From positions 1 through 63,691 of the forward strand of contig JAWBAI010000009.1 in assembly GCA_038816475.1 (NCBI GenBank): 63,691 bases of DNA. The letters are read 5' to 3'. Below, piece after piece: positions 39,598 through 49,082 of this stretch. Numbering within the stretch: position 1 is the first letter of the stretch; each line of letters starts with the position of its first letter. The notes below the pieces were generated by a model. That model searched no databases, was not told the origin of the DNA, and saw only the letters and a program-made list of their open reading frames with translations. The position numbers and the translations under genes were made by a program. This stretch comes from Desulfurococcaceae archaeon (GTDB lineage: Archaea > Thermoproteota > Thermoprotei_A > Sulfolobales > Desulfurococcaceae).

Positions 39598-39730
39598 GGC
39601 TTATGCCATAAGTCATCGGTTCCACGTATCTGGACATGGTGAGGATTGCTGAGAACCGGTTCAGCAAAACTGTGTGAAACCCTGATTCGTTCACAGAGCA
39701 CTTTGAAGAGTATGCTCGCGGAATCGGGAA
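39598..39730 (+). pseudogene. Decayed C-terminal fragment of a beta-CASP/RNase J-like metallo-beta-lactamase
   Basis: HRFHVSGH followed by a frameshifted (P)VHTEH-like segment. Confidence 0.4.
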
Positions 39731-39830
39731 GGTGTTTTTGAGAACTCTGAGCTCAGGAGGTCTTCTGGTTTATACACATAGCTTAGCCTACAAGTTACTT
39801 GGTGTGGAAAAGGTTTATTGGTAGTGAAAC

Positions 39831-40787
39831 TTGATGCGGATGCGTCTTGTTACGTTTGATGAGTACCTTGAGTACGTCAAGAAGCGCAGAGGGGTAGTCG
39901 TCGAGGACACTGTGATCAGGGTTGGTGTGAAGCACGAGATCAAGGAGTACCAGCCAAGGGACTTTACACTTGAAACCACGACTGTTTGGAGCTTTCCTGA
40001 GAGGGGTGATTGGGCTACTCACAAAGGGGACTACAGAGGGAACTGGTCCCCAAGGCTTGTACGAAATCTCCTCCTGAGGTACACTAGGCCTGGTGAATGG
40101 GTATTGGATCAGATGTGTGGTAGTGGTACAACTCTTGTTGAGTGCAAGCTCCTGGGTAGAAACGCTATAGGAGTAGATATAAACTATGAAGCAGTGATCC
40201 TGACCTTGGACAGGTTGAACTTCACGTACAAACCACTCATCCCCGACTGGAAGGAGCCCGAGATCAGAGTGTATCATGGGGATGCTAGGAACCTTGACCT
40301 AATAGAAGATGAATCCATAGATTTCATTGCAACGCATCCGCCCTACTTCAACATTATACCCTACTCGAAGCGGAAACCAGTACCCGGAGACTTGTCTCAG
40401 GTGAGTAGCTTAGAGGAGTACCTTGTCGGCATGAGGAGGGTTGCCGAGGAGAGCTATAGGGTTCTGAAGCCTGGAAGGTACTGCGCGATACTCGTTGGTG
40501 ACACCAGGCAAAACAGGCACTACGTTCCCATAGCCTTCCGCGTCATGCAACAGTTCCTCGACGTTGGATTCATACTGAAGGAGAACATCATCAAGATCCA
40601 GTGGAACACCAGAGTTACAGAGCAACGGTGGAGAAAGCTGGTTAAATCCTCCTGCGAGTGCTGGGTTGAAGAGAACTGCGGAGGAAAGGACTTCTACCTG
40701 ATAGCCCACGAGCACCTCTTCATCTTTCGCAAACCCGAAAAGGGTGAGGACGTAAGCCAGTACAAGCTGAGCACGAAGTGGTGGTAG
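39831..40787 (+). CDS. Amino-DNA methyltransferase (N4-C/N6-A family), orphan in this window
   Basis: YRGNWSP, LDQMCGSGTT (SAM binding), THPPY (catalytic), VLKPG, HEHLFIFRK. Confidence 0.85.
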   Translation: MMRMRLVTFDEYLEYVKKRRGVVVEDTVIRVGVKHEIKEYQPRDFTLETTTVWSFPERGDWATHKGDYRGNWSPRLVRNLLLRYTRPGEWVLDQMCGSGTTLVECKLLGRNAIGVDINYEAVILTLDRLNFTYKPLIPDWKEPEIRVYHGDARNLDLIEDESIDFIATHPPYFNIIPYSKRKPVPGDLSQVSSLEEYLVGMRRVAEESYRVLKPGRYCAILVGDTRQNRHYVPIAFRVMQQFLDVGFILKENIIKIQWNTRVTEQRWRKLVKSSCECWVEENCGGKDFYLIAHEHLFIFRKPEKGEDVSQYKLSTKWW

Positions 40788-40794
40788 TAAACGT

Positions 40795-41076
40795 GGGGTT
40801 CGGGTTTCATGTTGGTTGATGTTTCAACCCTTGGCTTCATAGACCTCGGGGCACCTTTCATCGGTGCCCATGTCATTGGTCTCCGCCCGTTCAGGGTAAC
40901 CCCAGCCCACACCTCTCCTTCATCTAGCTCGGGTTCATTGCTGTGGGGAAACCCCCACATCCTGGCTTTGAATGCCCCACCCACTTGGGTCTTTACCACG
41001 TACCCGCATCGTGAATGAGTTCAATCCACAGTAAAACAACCATCATCAATTCTTATAAACCTATATGAAACCCGAA
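40795..41076 (-). mobile_element. Non-autonomous mini-element derived from the tnpB element (12-bp TIRs, omegaRNA-like body)
   Basis: 40795-41013 is a reverse-complement homolog of about 56-331 with an internal deletion; TTCGGGTTTCAT (40799-40810) and ATGAAACCCGAA (41065-41076) are perfect inverted repeats. Confidence 0.8.
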
Positions 41077-41298
41077 ACAGTTGCGCGAGGCGTTAGTATC
41101 CTACGAATACGAAAACACGATCTCAGCGGTATTGTCTGGGAACATCTCGATTTTTAAGGCCTGTTGTTCGCGGTAAGAGTGAAGAATCTTGGGGCATGTT
41201 TCAGTGCTAGTCTACGTGGTTCGGAGGACAGTGTTCAACTATAAATGAGTAGACGTGTGGATTATTAAGGTTGGAACACTTTATATGCTCCTACACAG

Positions 41299-41826
41299 GT
41301 GGTCTTTGTGGCGTACAGGTTGCTGTACCCGTTTAGAACGTACCTTGTTGTCTCTGGTAGGTATGGTGAGGAGGTGAACGTTATGACTGCTGACTGGGTT
41401 ACACCGGTTTCAGCTAAGCCGTTCATGGTGGCTGTAGCTGTTGCTCCGACTCGTTACACCTACAAGCTACTGGAGAAGTACGGTGAGTACGTGATTAGTG
41501 TTCCAAGCCTTGAAAACCTCCGCGATGTTTGGATCGTTGGCTCAGAGCATGGACCCGAGAAGCTGAAGAAAACAAAGTTCGAGTTCACACCTGCAAGTAA
41601 AGTGGGCACACCGATCATCAGGAACGCTCTTGCAAACCTGGAGTGCAGAGTGTACGATAAACGCACTTACGGTGACCACGTGCTCTACGTTGGAGAAGTT
41701 CTGGCGTATCACTATAGAGAGAATGCATACGTGAACTATGAGCCAAGGCTCGAAGCGGGTTTCATAGCTCACATAGCTATGAACAAGTTCACAACGTTCG
41801 GTCGCGAAGTGATCACCGTTCAGTAG
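41299..41826 (+). CDS. Flavin reductase-like (DIM6/NTAB) protein
   Basis: NVMTADW, GSEHG, LECRV, GDHVLYVGEV. Confidence 0.9.
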   Translation: MVFVAYRLLYPFRTYLVVSGRYGEEVNVMTADWVTPVSAKPFMVAVAVAPTRYTYKLLEKYGEYVISVPSLENLRDVWIVGSEHGPEKLKKTKFEFTPASKVGTPIIRNALANLECRVYDKRTYGDHVLYVGEVLAYHYRENAYVNYEPRLEAGFIAHIAMNKFTTFGREVITVQ

Positions 41827-41887
41827 TGTCTCTTTCTAAGTATGCTTTTTTAAACCAGAGTTACCATGTGCAAGTTAGGGTTGAGTA

Positions 41888-43111
41888 TTGGCAAGACCAG
41901 ACTACGCCAAGTTCCTTAGTAGTAGATGCAACTACGTTGAGCCGAGTCCTATACGTGAGTTTGTATCCAGAATTGCTGTAAAATCCAGGGAAACACCGGT
42001 TATAAGCTTTGCAGCAGGAGACCCCGATCCTGACGTTATCCCCAGGTTGGTGTACGCTGAGCTCGCAAAAGAGATTTTCGAGAAGGAGAAGCGTTCCGTC
42101 ATATACTCGCCAACTGAGGGGATTCCAGAGATTCGCGAGGAGATAGCTAAATTCATGAGGGAGTACGAGGGTGTTAACGCAAAGCCTGGTAACATCGTGG
42201 TTACCCACGGTGGTAGTCAAGCTGTAGACTTGATTGGTAGATTAATGATAGACCCCGGTGACATCGTTATCGTCGAAAACCCGTCCTACGTGAACACTCT
42301 ACTAGCATGGAAGCACTACGGTGTAAGCCTCGTAGGTGTACCAATGGATGAACAAGGTATGAAGACTGATGTGTTAGAGCAAACCGTGAAGAAGCTGAAA
42401 AGCGAAGGTAAACTCGTAAAACTAGTGTACACCATTCCCACTGGTCAAAATCCCTCTGGCTTAACGCTCTCTCTTGAGAGACGCAAGCATCTGCTTGAAA
42501 TCGCTAGTACGTATGACCTGCTAGTGGTAGAAGATGGGGCTTACAACCACCTTGTTTATGAGCCGATCGAGATAAGATCCCTCAAGTCCATGGACAAGGA
42601 GGATAGAGTTATATTCGTAGGTACGTACAGCAAAGTTCTTGGAACAGGTTTAAGAGTAGGTTGGCTGGTACTTCCCAATGAGATAACGGATCTGTTCAGG
42701 TCGGCTAAAGGCCCCACCGATATGTGTCCAAGTGTACCATCACAGCTACTCATAGTCTGGGCTTTGAGAAAAGGTGTTTTCGAGGAAACCAGAAAGAAAG
42801 CTATCGAGGAGTACAGAGCTAAGAGAGACTTAATGATTAAAGCCATTGAAAACTACCTACCGGGTTCCAAGCACACCAGGCCCGTTGCTGGAATGTTTGT
42901 ACTGCTCTGGTTACCAGAGAAGATAGACTCGTGGAGCTTCGCGATTGAGCTATTAGACAAGTACGCTGTTGCAGTAATCCCAGCAGCACCCTTCTATACT
43001 GACAACACGGGTAGAAATGTTATACGATTAAACTTCTCAATGCCAAAGAAGGAGGTTATCGAGGAGGGAGTAAAGAGGATCTCGGTTCTCTTAAAGGAGA
43101 AGCTACAGTAG
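41888..43111 (+). CDS. Class-I PLP aminotransferase (2-aminoadipate/aromatic, MocR-type catalytic domain)
   Basis: ISFAAGDP, QNPSG, EDGAY, TYSKVLGTGLRVGW. Confidence 0.92.
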   Translation: MARPDYAKFLSSRCNYVEPSPIREFVSRIAVKSRETPVISFAAGDPDPDVIPRLVYAELAKEIFEKEKRSVIYSPTEGIPEIREEIAKFMREYEGVNAKPGNIVVTHGGSQAVDLIGRLMIDPGDIVIVENPSYVNTLLAWKHYGVSLVGVPMDEQGMKTDVLEQTVKKLKSEGKLVKLVYTIPTGQNPSGLTLSLERRKHLLEIASTYDLLVVEDGAYNHLVYEPIEIRSLKSMDKEDRVIFVGTYSKVLGTGLRVGWLVLPNEITDLFRSAKGPTDMCPSVPSQLLIVWALRKGVFEETRKKAIEEYRAKRDLMIKAIENYLPGSKHTRPVAGMFVLLWLPEKIDSWSFAIELLDKYAVAVIPAAPFYTDNTGRNVIRLNFSMPKKEVIEEGVKRISVLLKEKLQ

Positions 43112-43148
43112 CGACCTCAATTGTTTTTTTCACCTTGCTTTTGAACCA

Positions 43149-43895
43149 CTATTCCTTGATCCAGCCACATGTTGGGCACTGCGGGTTTCTGGTAACGATG
43201 ATCTCGTGGAATTTCATGTTGTAACCGTCGTAGACTATGAGCTTGTTGAGCGCGGGAGCACCGTAGCCTGTTAGAAGCTTTATGGCTTCTGTAACCTGTA
43301 TCATCGCGATTAAACCAGGAGTAGGGCCAAGTACAGGGAGTCCAGGTTTCTCCTCGGCTGGTTCCCTGGGTAGAATACAGCTTAAGCACGGTGTTTTACC
43401 TGGTACTATAACCATGACTTGACCATAGAGTCCTTGTACACCTCCATGTACAAACGGTTTTCTAAACTTAACGCAGGCTTTGTTAACTATGAACCTCGTT
43501 CTCCAGTTATCCAGGCCATCCACTACGATGTCCACTTCTCTGATCAAGCTCTCAATGAGCTCTTCATCAGCGTCCTTTTGCACGGGAACCACTTCTACAT
43601 TGGGGTTAAGCTCCTTCAGCTTCTCGAACGCGACCAGAGCTTTGGGTTTACCCAGGTCTCTAGTTGAGTACAGGATTTGCCTGTTGAGGTTGCTCAGTTC
43701 AACCTTCTCCTTGTCTACGATTACAAGTTTACCCACACCAGCAGCAGCTAGATAGATTGAAGCAGGAGATCCTAAGCCTCCGAGTCCAACGACAAGAACA
43801 CGGGAGTTCTTAAGCTTAAGTTGACCATCGATCCCGAACAGCTTGATCTGCCTATCATAGCGTTCCAGCTCTTCCAGTTTGAGCAACTCTTGCAT
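43149..43895 (-). CDS. ThiF/MoeB/UbaA E1-like adenylyltransferase
   Basis: RYDRQ, GLGGLG, SNLNRQ, CLSC and CPTC zinc ligands. Confidence 0.93.
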   Translation of the reverse strand: MQELLKLEELERYDRQIKLFGIDGQLKLKNSRVLVVGLGGLGSPASIYLAAAGVGKLVIVDKEKVELSNLNRQILYSTRDLGKPKALVAFEKLKELNPNVEVVPVQKDADEELIESLIREVDIVVDGLDNWRTRFIVNKACVKFRKPFVHGGVQGLYGQVMVIVPGKTPCLSCILPREPAEEKPGLPVLGPTPGLIAMIQVTEAIKLLTGYGAPALNKLIVYDGYNMKFHEIIVTRNPQCPTCGWIKE

Positions 43896-44007
43896 CACCA
43901 GAATATCAGTACCATCAACAAGTATATAACCGGTGCGTGTTTTCAGCGAATTAATCGCGTTCACGTGCTGGTGTACCCTTAAATAGCTTCATGCAGTACC
44001 ATGTATT

Positions 44008-44067
44008 CGGGATGACGACGCCCTGCCGCTGGTGATCCCGTGAGCCCACGAACCCCTGGCTGACTCC
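44008..44067 (+). ncRNA. Candidate C/D-box guide sRNA
   Basis: C-like box ATGACGA (44012-44018), D box CTGA (44060-44063), about 52-nt span, GC-rich guides, TTAAATA about 25 nt upstream; internal D'/C' boxes degenerate. Confidence 0.5.
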
Positions 44068-44083
44068 AACTGGCTGACTCCAA
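44056..44083 (+). repeat. 14-bp tandem duplication CTGGCTGACTCCAA x2
   Basis: Read directly at 44056-44069 and 44070-44083. Confidence 0.9.
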
Positions 44084-44122
44084 GCGGAGTTTCCACCAGG
44101 CAAGTATTCATCGTTGCAGGTT

Positions 44123-44833
44123 CTACTTAACAAGGAAAATGGTTATAACGAGAACTAGTACAACAGAGTAGAGCAAGACATCGTTTCTCTTGAAGTAGGT
44201 GAACTTAGCTCTAGGCTTCAGCGATGCTCTGTAGATTAAGTGTGCTTCGTATAGTCCTCTTGCAGTGTAGAGCGAGAGCAGTATAAGGGGCACTACTAGC
44301 TTGTAGAGCTTTCTGCCCTTGAACTTCAGCTTGATTGCTACAGCTGACTCGGAGAGGTAGTTTAAGAGCACTGGTATATGAGCTACAGCAACGGACAACA
44401 CTAACGCCTGAGTTTTCAAGCCAAGCTTGTTGTACAAATATCTCCACTCCTCAAGGCTTAGTATCTGGAAGAAAAGCGAGAAGGATAGGAAGAACGCTAC
44501 GAGTCTTAGTGCACCAACTGGTATGTATGCGGGGTCCAAGGTAAACCAACCTAGGAGGCTACTTAAGTAGAAAACGAGTGCACTAGCAAGCGTGAACAAT
44601 AGGATCAACCTGGCTCCTTCAAGCACAACTCTCAATCCACGTACAAGAGACGAGATCGCGAGAACCATCGATAGCGCAATGACTGTTCTAACCACCTCGG
44701 TGCCGAGTTCAGCTCCGAACCTTGCGTAGGTAAGGTACGCCAGAATGGATAGGGCTGTGAATAGCCTAGACAACGTGCTGAACTGCTCTAGTCTCTTGGA
44801 CTGAACAAGAAGATAGGATAAGCTTCTAAGCAC
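44123..44833 (-). CDS. ECF transporter transmembrane (T) component
   Basis: Hydrophobic; overlaps the ECF ATPase stop; likely GTG start at 44833. Confidence 0.7.
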   Translation of the reverse strand: MLRSLSYLLVQSKRLEQFSTLSRLFTALSILAYLTYARFGAELGTEVVRTVIALSMVLAISSLVRGLRVVLEGARLILLFTLASALVFYLSSLLGWFTLDPAYIPVGALRLVAFFLSFSLFFQILSLEEWRYLYNKLGLKTQALVLSVAVAHIPVLLNYLSESAVAIKLKFKGRKLYKLVVPLILLSLYTARGLYEAHLIYRASLKPRAKFTYFKRNDVLLYSVVLVLVITIFLVK

Positions 44834-46268
44834 GATCCAACACCTCGCTGTAAAGCTTCGACGCGTAAACAAGGTCGTGGTGAACTCGTTCTCCATCCAA
44901 GACGAGCTTGCTGAGCACTCCGTTCTCCAACTTGTACATGGATGTCCACACGGGGGATACAGCTGCATCCAGGCTACTAGTTGCAACAACAACAGATGCG
45001 CTGAGACGGGAGATGTGCTCTAGAAGCAGGAATCTACTCTTGTACGTTAAACCAGAGAACGGTTCGTCCAGCAGTAGTAAGCCAGCGCCCGAGAGAACTC
45101 CGAGCTCTACTGCAAGCTTCACCATTTGTCCATGACTTAGGTTGAAGGGGGATTGACTTGGATCTAGTCCCAATTGCGCAACTCTGCTCAGACCCTCTTC
45201 GACGCATTTCTCTCCAAGCTTCCTGGTTTTGCATAGCTCCCTTACCTCCTTCTCGACTGTTTCCTCAGTGTAGAAGAGTGCTATGTTTTGAGGTATGTAG
45301 ACTGCGTCCACGTATCTTTCAACCTTTCCCTTCTTGGGCTTCAGATAACCCGAGAGCAACTTGAGTAGCGTTGTTTTACCAGAACCATTGGACCCGTAGA
45401 TGAGAACAATGTCACCCTCCGAGAGTTCTAAGTTAACACCCTTCAGAACATGATTGTTCTCGTAACCGTAGTGCAGTTCTTTAGCTCTAAGAACGGGTTT
45501 TCTAGCTTCTCCGCTTCTACCACTCTTGGACGTGAACTGTGCTTTTATCTGTGATTCTGAGTTTTCAACGCGAGTGAAAACTAGCTCTGTTGCATCCCTG
45601 AGAACACCGTTCTTCAGAACCATGATCCTGTCGAAGTACCTGTATATGGGTAGAAACCTGTGTTCAATGACAAGCACGGATTTACCAAGTCTCCTCAGGA
45701 CATGAAGAAGCTCTACAAAGTTCTTTACACCTTCATCGTCAAGCCACATCAGCGGCTCATCGAACACTATGAGCGAGGGGTTCGCCATGATCGACTTAGT
45801 AACCAGAACTCTCTTTGCTTCACCACCCGATAGTTCGAAGAAGTACCGATCGAGCAACCTGTAGATGCCGGTTGCTTCAACTGCTTTAACTAAAGCTTGC
45901 TTAGCTATCCTGATCTCTCCGTGAACCCTGAGCGAGTAAGCTAGCAGGTCGTCTCTTACAATGGGCTCTGTGAAGTATAGGTAGGGGTTTTGACCAATGA
46001 TGTGAATTACCTTAAAAACATCCTCTGGTTCAAGGTTCTTCAAGTTTTTACCATCTACTAGTACTTCGCCCCTGGATTCACCACCGTAAACTAGTTCACC
46101 CACACCCGTTACTGCTCTTACCAGCGTTGTTTTACCCGACCCTGTTTCTCCTATGATCAGCACATGCTCTCCTTTCTCGATAACGAGATCCACTCCTCTG
46201 AGAACCCAGTTACCTCCCGGGTACCTGAACCACAGGTGTTTTACTTCAACAACCGGTTTGCTGTTCAT
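44826..46268 (-). CDS. ECF transporter ATPase, two fused ABC domains
   Basis: GETGSGKT/LSGGE/FDEP and GSNGSGKT/LSHGQ/LDEP. Confidence 0.9.
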   Translation of the reverse strand: MNSKPVVEVKHLWFRYPGGNWVLRGVDLVIEKGEHVLIIGETGSGKTTLVRAVTGVGELVYGGESRGEVLVDGKNLKNLEPEDVFKVIHIIGQNPYLYFTEPIVRDDLLAYSLRVHGEIRIAKQALVKAVEATGIYRLLDRYFFELSGGEAKRVLVTKSIMANPSLIVFDEPLMWLDDEGVKNFVELLHVLRRLGKSVLVIEHRFLPIYRYFDRIMVLKNGVLRDATELVFTRVENSESQIKAQFTSKSGRSGEARKPVLRAKELHYGYENNHVLKGVNLELSEGDIVLIYGSNGSGKTTLLKLLSGYLKPKKGKVERYVDAVYIPQNIALFYTEETVEKEVRELCKTRKLGEKCVEEGLSRVAQLGLDPSQSPFNLSHGQMVKLAVELGVLSGAGLLLLDEPFSGLTYKSRFLLLEHISRLSASVVVATSSLDAAVSPVWTSMYKLENGVLSKLVLDGERVHHDLVYASKLYSEVLDRA

Positions 46269-46834
46269 CTCAGTATGCCTGTTCTGGTTAAAACCCTGTA
46301 GACACGTATGGAAAGAGGTGATACTATTAAGGCTATCGTTAGGTTAAATATTACTGAGTGTGGCAGTATGAAGCTTACGGTAAACTCGTAAGCTTGTTCA
46401 AAGCTCTCTATACCTGGATACTTGACAAATAAGAGCCAGTGGGGTGTGACGAGGTAATTGGCCAAAGACATTATTGCTACGCGCGATACGGTTGCAACGG
46501 CTACGGCTATCATGGTAGCATCGCTACGCTTTCCGTGAAGTTTCCTAAAAGTCAATGCAAGAGGTGTAAAAGTTGATAGTTCAGCTAAGCACTTCATTGC
46601 CATACCAATAGAGTCCGTGCCCAAGGCTACGGGTATAATAAAGTATATTGGAAGAACACTATAAGCAGCACGAAGGTTCATAAACGCTATTACGGCTAGT
46701 GGAACACCTGATGCATCGTACTTTAAGAATGGTGCTGGTGGGTATGGGAGCTCGAAAAACCTCAAAATAACAGCTAGTGCTGTTAGCGCTGCTACGAAGT
46801 AAACTACGGGGGTGAGTTTAGTCATGGTATTCAC
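46265..46834 (-). CDS. ECF transporter substrate (S) component, RibU-like
   Basis: PFLKYDASGVP, ANYLVTP, FNL motifs. Confidence 0.8.
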   Translation of the reverse strand: MNTMTKLTPVVYFVAALTALAVILRFFELPYPPAPFLKYDASGVPLAVIAFMNLRAAYSVLPIYFIIPVALGTDSIGMAMKCLAELSTFTPLALTFRKLHGKRSDATMIAVAVATVSRVAIMSLANYLVTPHWLLFVKYPGIESFEQAYEFTVSFILPHSVIFNLTIALIVSPLSIRVYRVLTRTGILR

Positions 46835-46935
46835 CTCCCGAGGTTCCGACTGAGAGAAAATCTTAAAAGCCAGATGGCACCGATAGCATTATAACACCCT
46901 GCCACCATAGATGTATTGATCCACGGTGTACAGCT

Positions 46936-47469
46936 TTGAATGATTACTTGGAGTTTCTCAGGTCCAGAAGGAGTATTAGGAAATTCAAGGATCAACCCCC
47001 TCCGCTTGAGGAAGTGCTCAAAGCTATAGACGTAGCGAGATTTGCTCCGAGCGCTAAGAACGCTCAACCATGGAGGTTCATTTTGGTCAAGGATCCCGAT
47101 GTGAAGAGTAAACTGAGCAGGATCCATCCAGCTGCTAAACCACTCGAGAGAGCACCGCTCGCTGTTGTTGTTGCCTGCAACATAGATGAGTCTCCTGTCT
47201 CCTACATGCTTGACTGTTCAGCTGCTACAGTGTACTTCCTTCTTGCTGCTCACGCTCTGGGACTTGGAACGGTGTGGATTCAAACCATGAGAAACATTGA
47301 AAACATAAGAGAAGTACTCGGTATGCCTTCTTCAACCGTTCCTATAGCTATAGTAGCTGTTGGATACCCCGATGAAGCACCGGAACCTCCTCCACGTAAA
47401 CCACTGGAGAGCGTAGTTTACCTTAACAGATACGGTGAACCGATGATTAAATCCCATGGTTCTAAATAA
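46936..47469 (+). CDS. Nitroreductase family protein
   Basis: RRSIRKF, APSAKNAQPW, GLGTVW, GYP. Confidence 0.93.
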   Translation: MNDYLEFLRSRRSIRKFKDQPPPLEEVLKAIDVARFAPSAKNAQPWRFILVKDPDVKSKLSRIHPAAKPLERAPLAVVVACNIDESPVSYMLDCSAATVYFLLAAHALGLGTVWIQTMRNIENIREVLGMPSSTVPIAIVAVGYPDEAPEPPPRKPLESVVYLNRYGEPMIKSHGSK

Positions 47470-48820
47470 CTGGACCCAACGGGGTCCACGAGTAGAATTC
47501 CAGGCTCCTGCTTACTACCACCGCTGGTATGGCTAACAGTGCGGTTGCAGCTGATATTAGGCAAAGACTACTTAGAACCTTCATTTCAGCTCTGCTTGCT
47601 TTAAGCTCGTAGTCGATCACTATGACGTTCCCAGGTCTCCAGGTGTAAACAGCTCCTACTCTAGTGTACACTACAACTTTGCTTCTGAGTTCGCCACTGG
47701 AGTACACGACGAACCCGTGCTCATCGTAGGTAACTATAGCATTTAATACCACTGGTACATTTAAACCACTAACTAGTGCCTGATACTCCTGGGTAATAGT
47801 TAAGTTTTCACCGGCTAACATTGGATTGTAAAGAACACCTGCACCAGCTAGCCTATTAACGAGTATTCTCACATTATCGGATACTACTGGTGAAAAGTCC
47901 AATTTCCCATCGTCAACGTAGAACGTTACAACTTCGCGTTGAACGTTGCTATCAACAACGGTTTCAACGGTTGACGCGTAAACTAGAAAACCAGAGGACA
48001 GTGTAGTGTAGTACGTGTATATGAAACCAACCGCTGTTAACAACAGTAATACCGCTAGTATAGCCTTAACACCTCCGCTCAGCCCGGGTTTACGCGGAAT
48101 TACTATTCCTAAAACCGACTCCATGTACCTTATGATGGCATCCTCGTAGTACATTCTTCTCCTAGCAAGCGATCTCGCCATAAGCGGTGTTAAAACAAGA
48201 CCCATTACAAATCCACCCACGTGCGCAAAGTAGGCTACACCCCCGAGAACCACGTATCCGTATATGACTTGCTGAGCAAACCAGAACACTATGAAAACGT
48301 ACGCTGGTAGAGAGAAGCAGAGTGGTATAAGGAAGAAGAACATGCACATAGCAAGTCTTGTTCTCGGTAGAAGAAGCAGGTATATACCTAGCAAACCACT
48401 AATAGCACCAGATGCGCCTACCGCTGAAATGCCCAAGGCTCCAAACCCGGCGAAGGGTGCAAAGGATGTGTGGAACACAACAGCCATTATACCCGAGAGC
48501 ACGTAGAGCAATAGGAACTTCGTGTGTCCCAGGAGCTTCTCGACCCTCGAGCCGAAGACCCAGAGAAACAGCATGTTGAAGAACAAGTGGAATAAATCAG
48601 CGTGAATAAACATGCTCGTGAAAATAGTCTTAAGAGCCAAGGAAGCATCGTAGAGCAGGTACACCGGTTTAAACCCGTAGTTTACAACGTAGTAGTCCAG
48701 TGTTCTCACAAGTAATCCCCCGCTTGTGTAAAAGTAAATCGCTACGTTGAGAGCTATAAGCGTTATCGTGAGGAATGGTCTATGTCTACCAGGAATTTTT
48801 TCACCAGCAACAACAGTCAA
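47462..48820 (-). CDS. Rhomboid intramembrane serine protease with C-terminal extension
   Basis: HLFFNM, GASGAISG (Ser), AHVGG (His). Confidence 0.9.
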   Translation of the reverse strand: MTVVAGEKIPGRHRPFLTITLIALNVAIYFYTSGGLLVRTLDYYVVNYGFKPVYLLYDASLALKTIFTSMFIHADLFHLFFNMLFLWVFGSRVEKLLGHTKFLLLYVLSGIMAVVFHTSFAPFAGFGALGISAVGASGAISGLLGIYLLLLPRTRLAMCMFFFLIPLCFSLPAYVFIVFWFAQQVIYGYVVLGGVAYFAHVGGFVMGLVLTPLMARSLARRRMYYEDAIIRYMESVLGIVIPRKPGLSGGVKAILAVLLLLTAVGFIYTYYTTLSSGFLVYASTVETVVDSNVQREVVTFYVDDGKLDFSPVVSDNVRILVNRLAGAGVLYNPMLAGENLTITQEYQALVSGLNVPVVLNAIVTYDEHGFVVYSSGELRSKVVVYTRVGAVYTWRPGNVIVIDYELKASRAEMKVLSSLCLISAATALLAIPAVVVSRSLEFYSWTPLGPVI

Positions 48821-49082
48821 TTAACCCTACCTCCCCTAGTTTCTCACCAATCCCAAGGTATACCTAACGAGTTGTGCATTTATATAGTAGCGCTTTTGAA
48901 CCGGAAAACTTGAACTGCTCACATCGTTTCAACCTCGCGAAGTCTCAGGGAAAGGAAAAATACCCCCCTTTACCATGGATCTAAATGGATTTTGTTTTCT
49001 AGAAAGTGTCTTTCGACTTTGAACTCTATTCAGCTGAACCGTATCATGCTTTGTCAATAGACTATTAGCGTAAGGCTTAGAG

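Noticed and set aside
40694-41018. ORFs 40694-40999 (-) and 40809-41018 (+)
   Set aside because: Read-through of the tnpB remnant and its antisense; not independent genes
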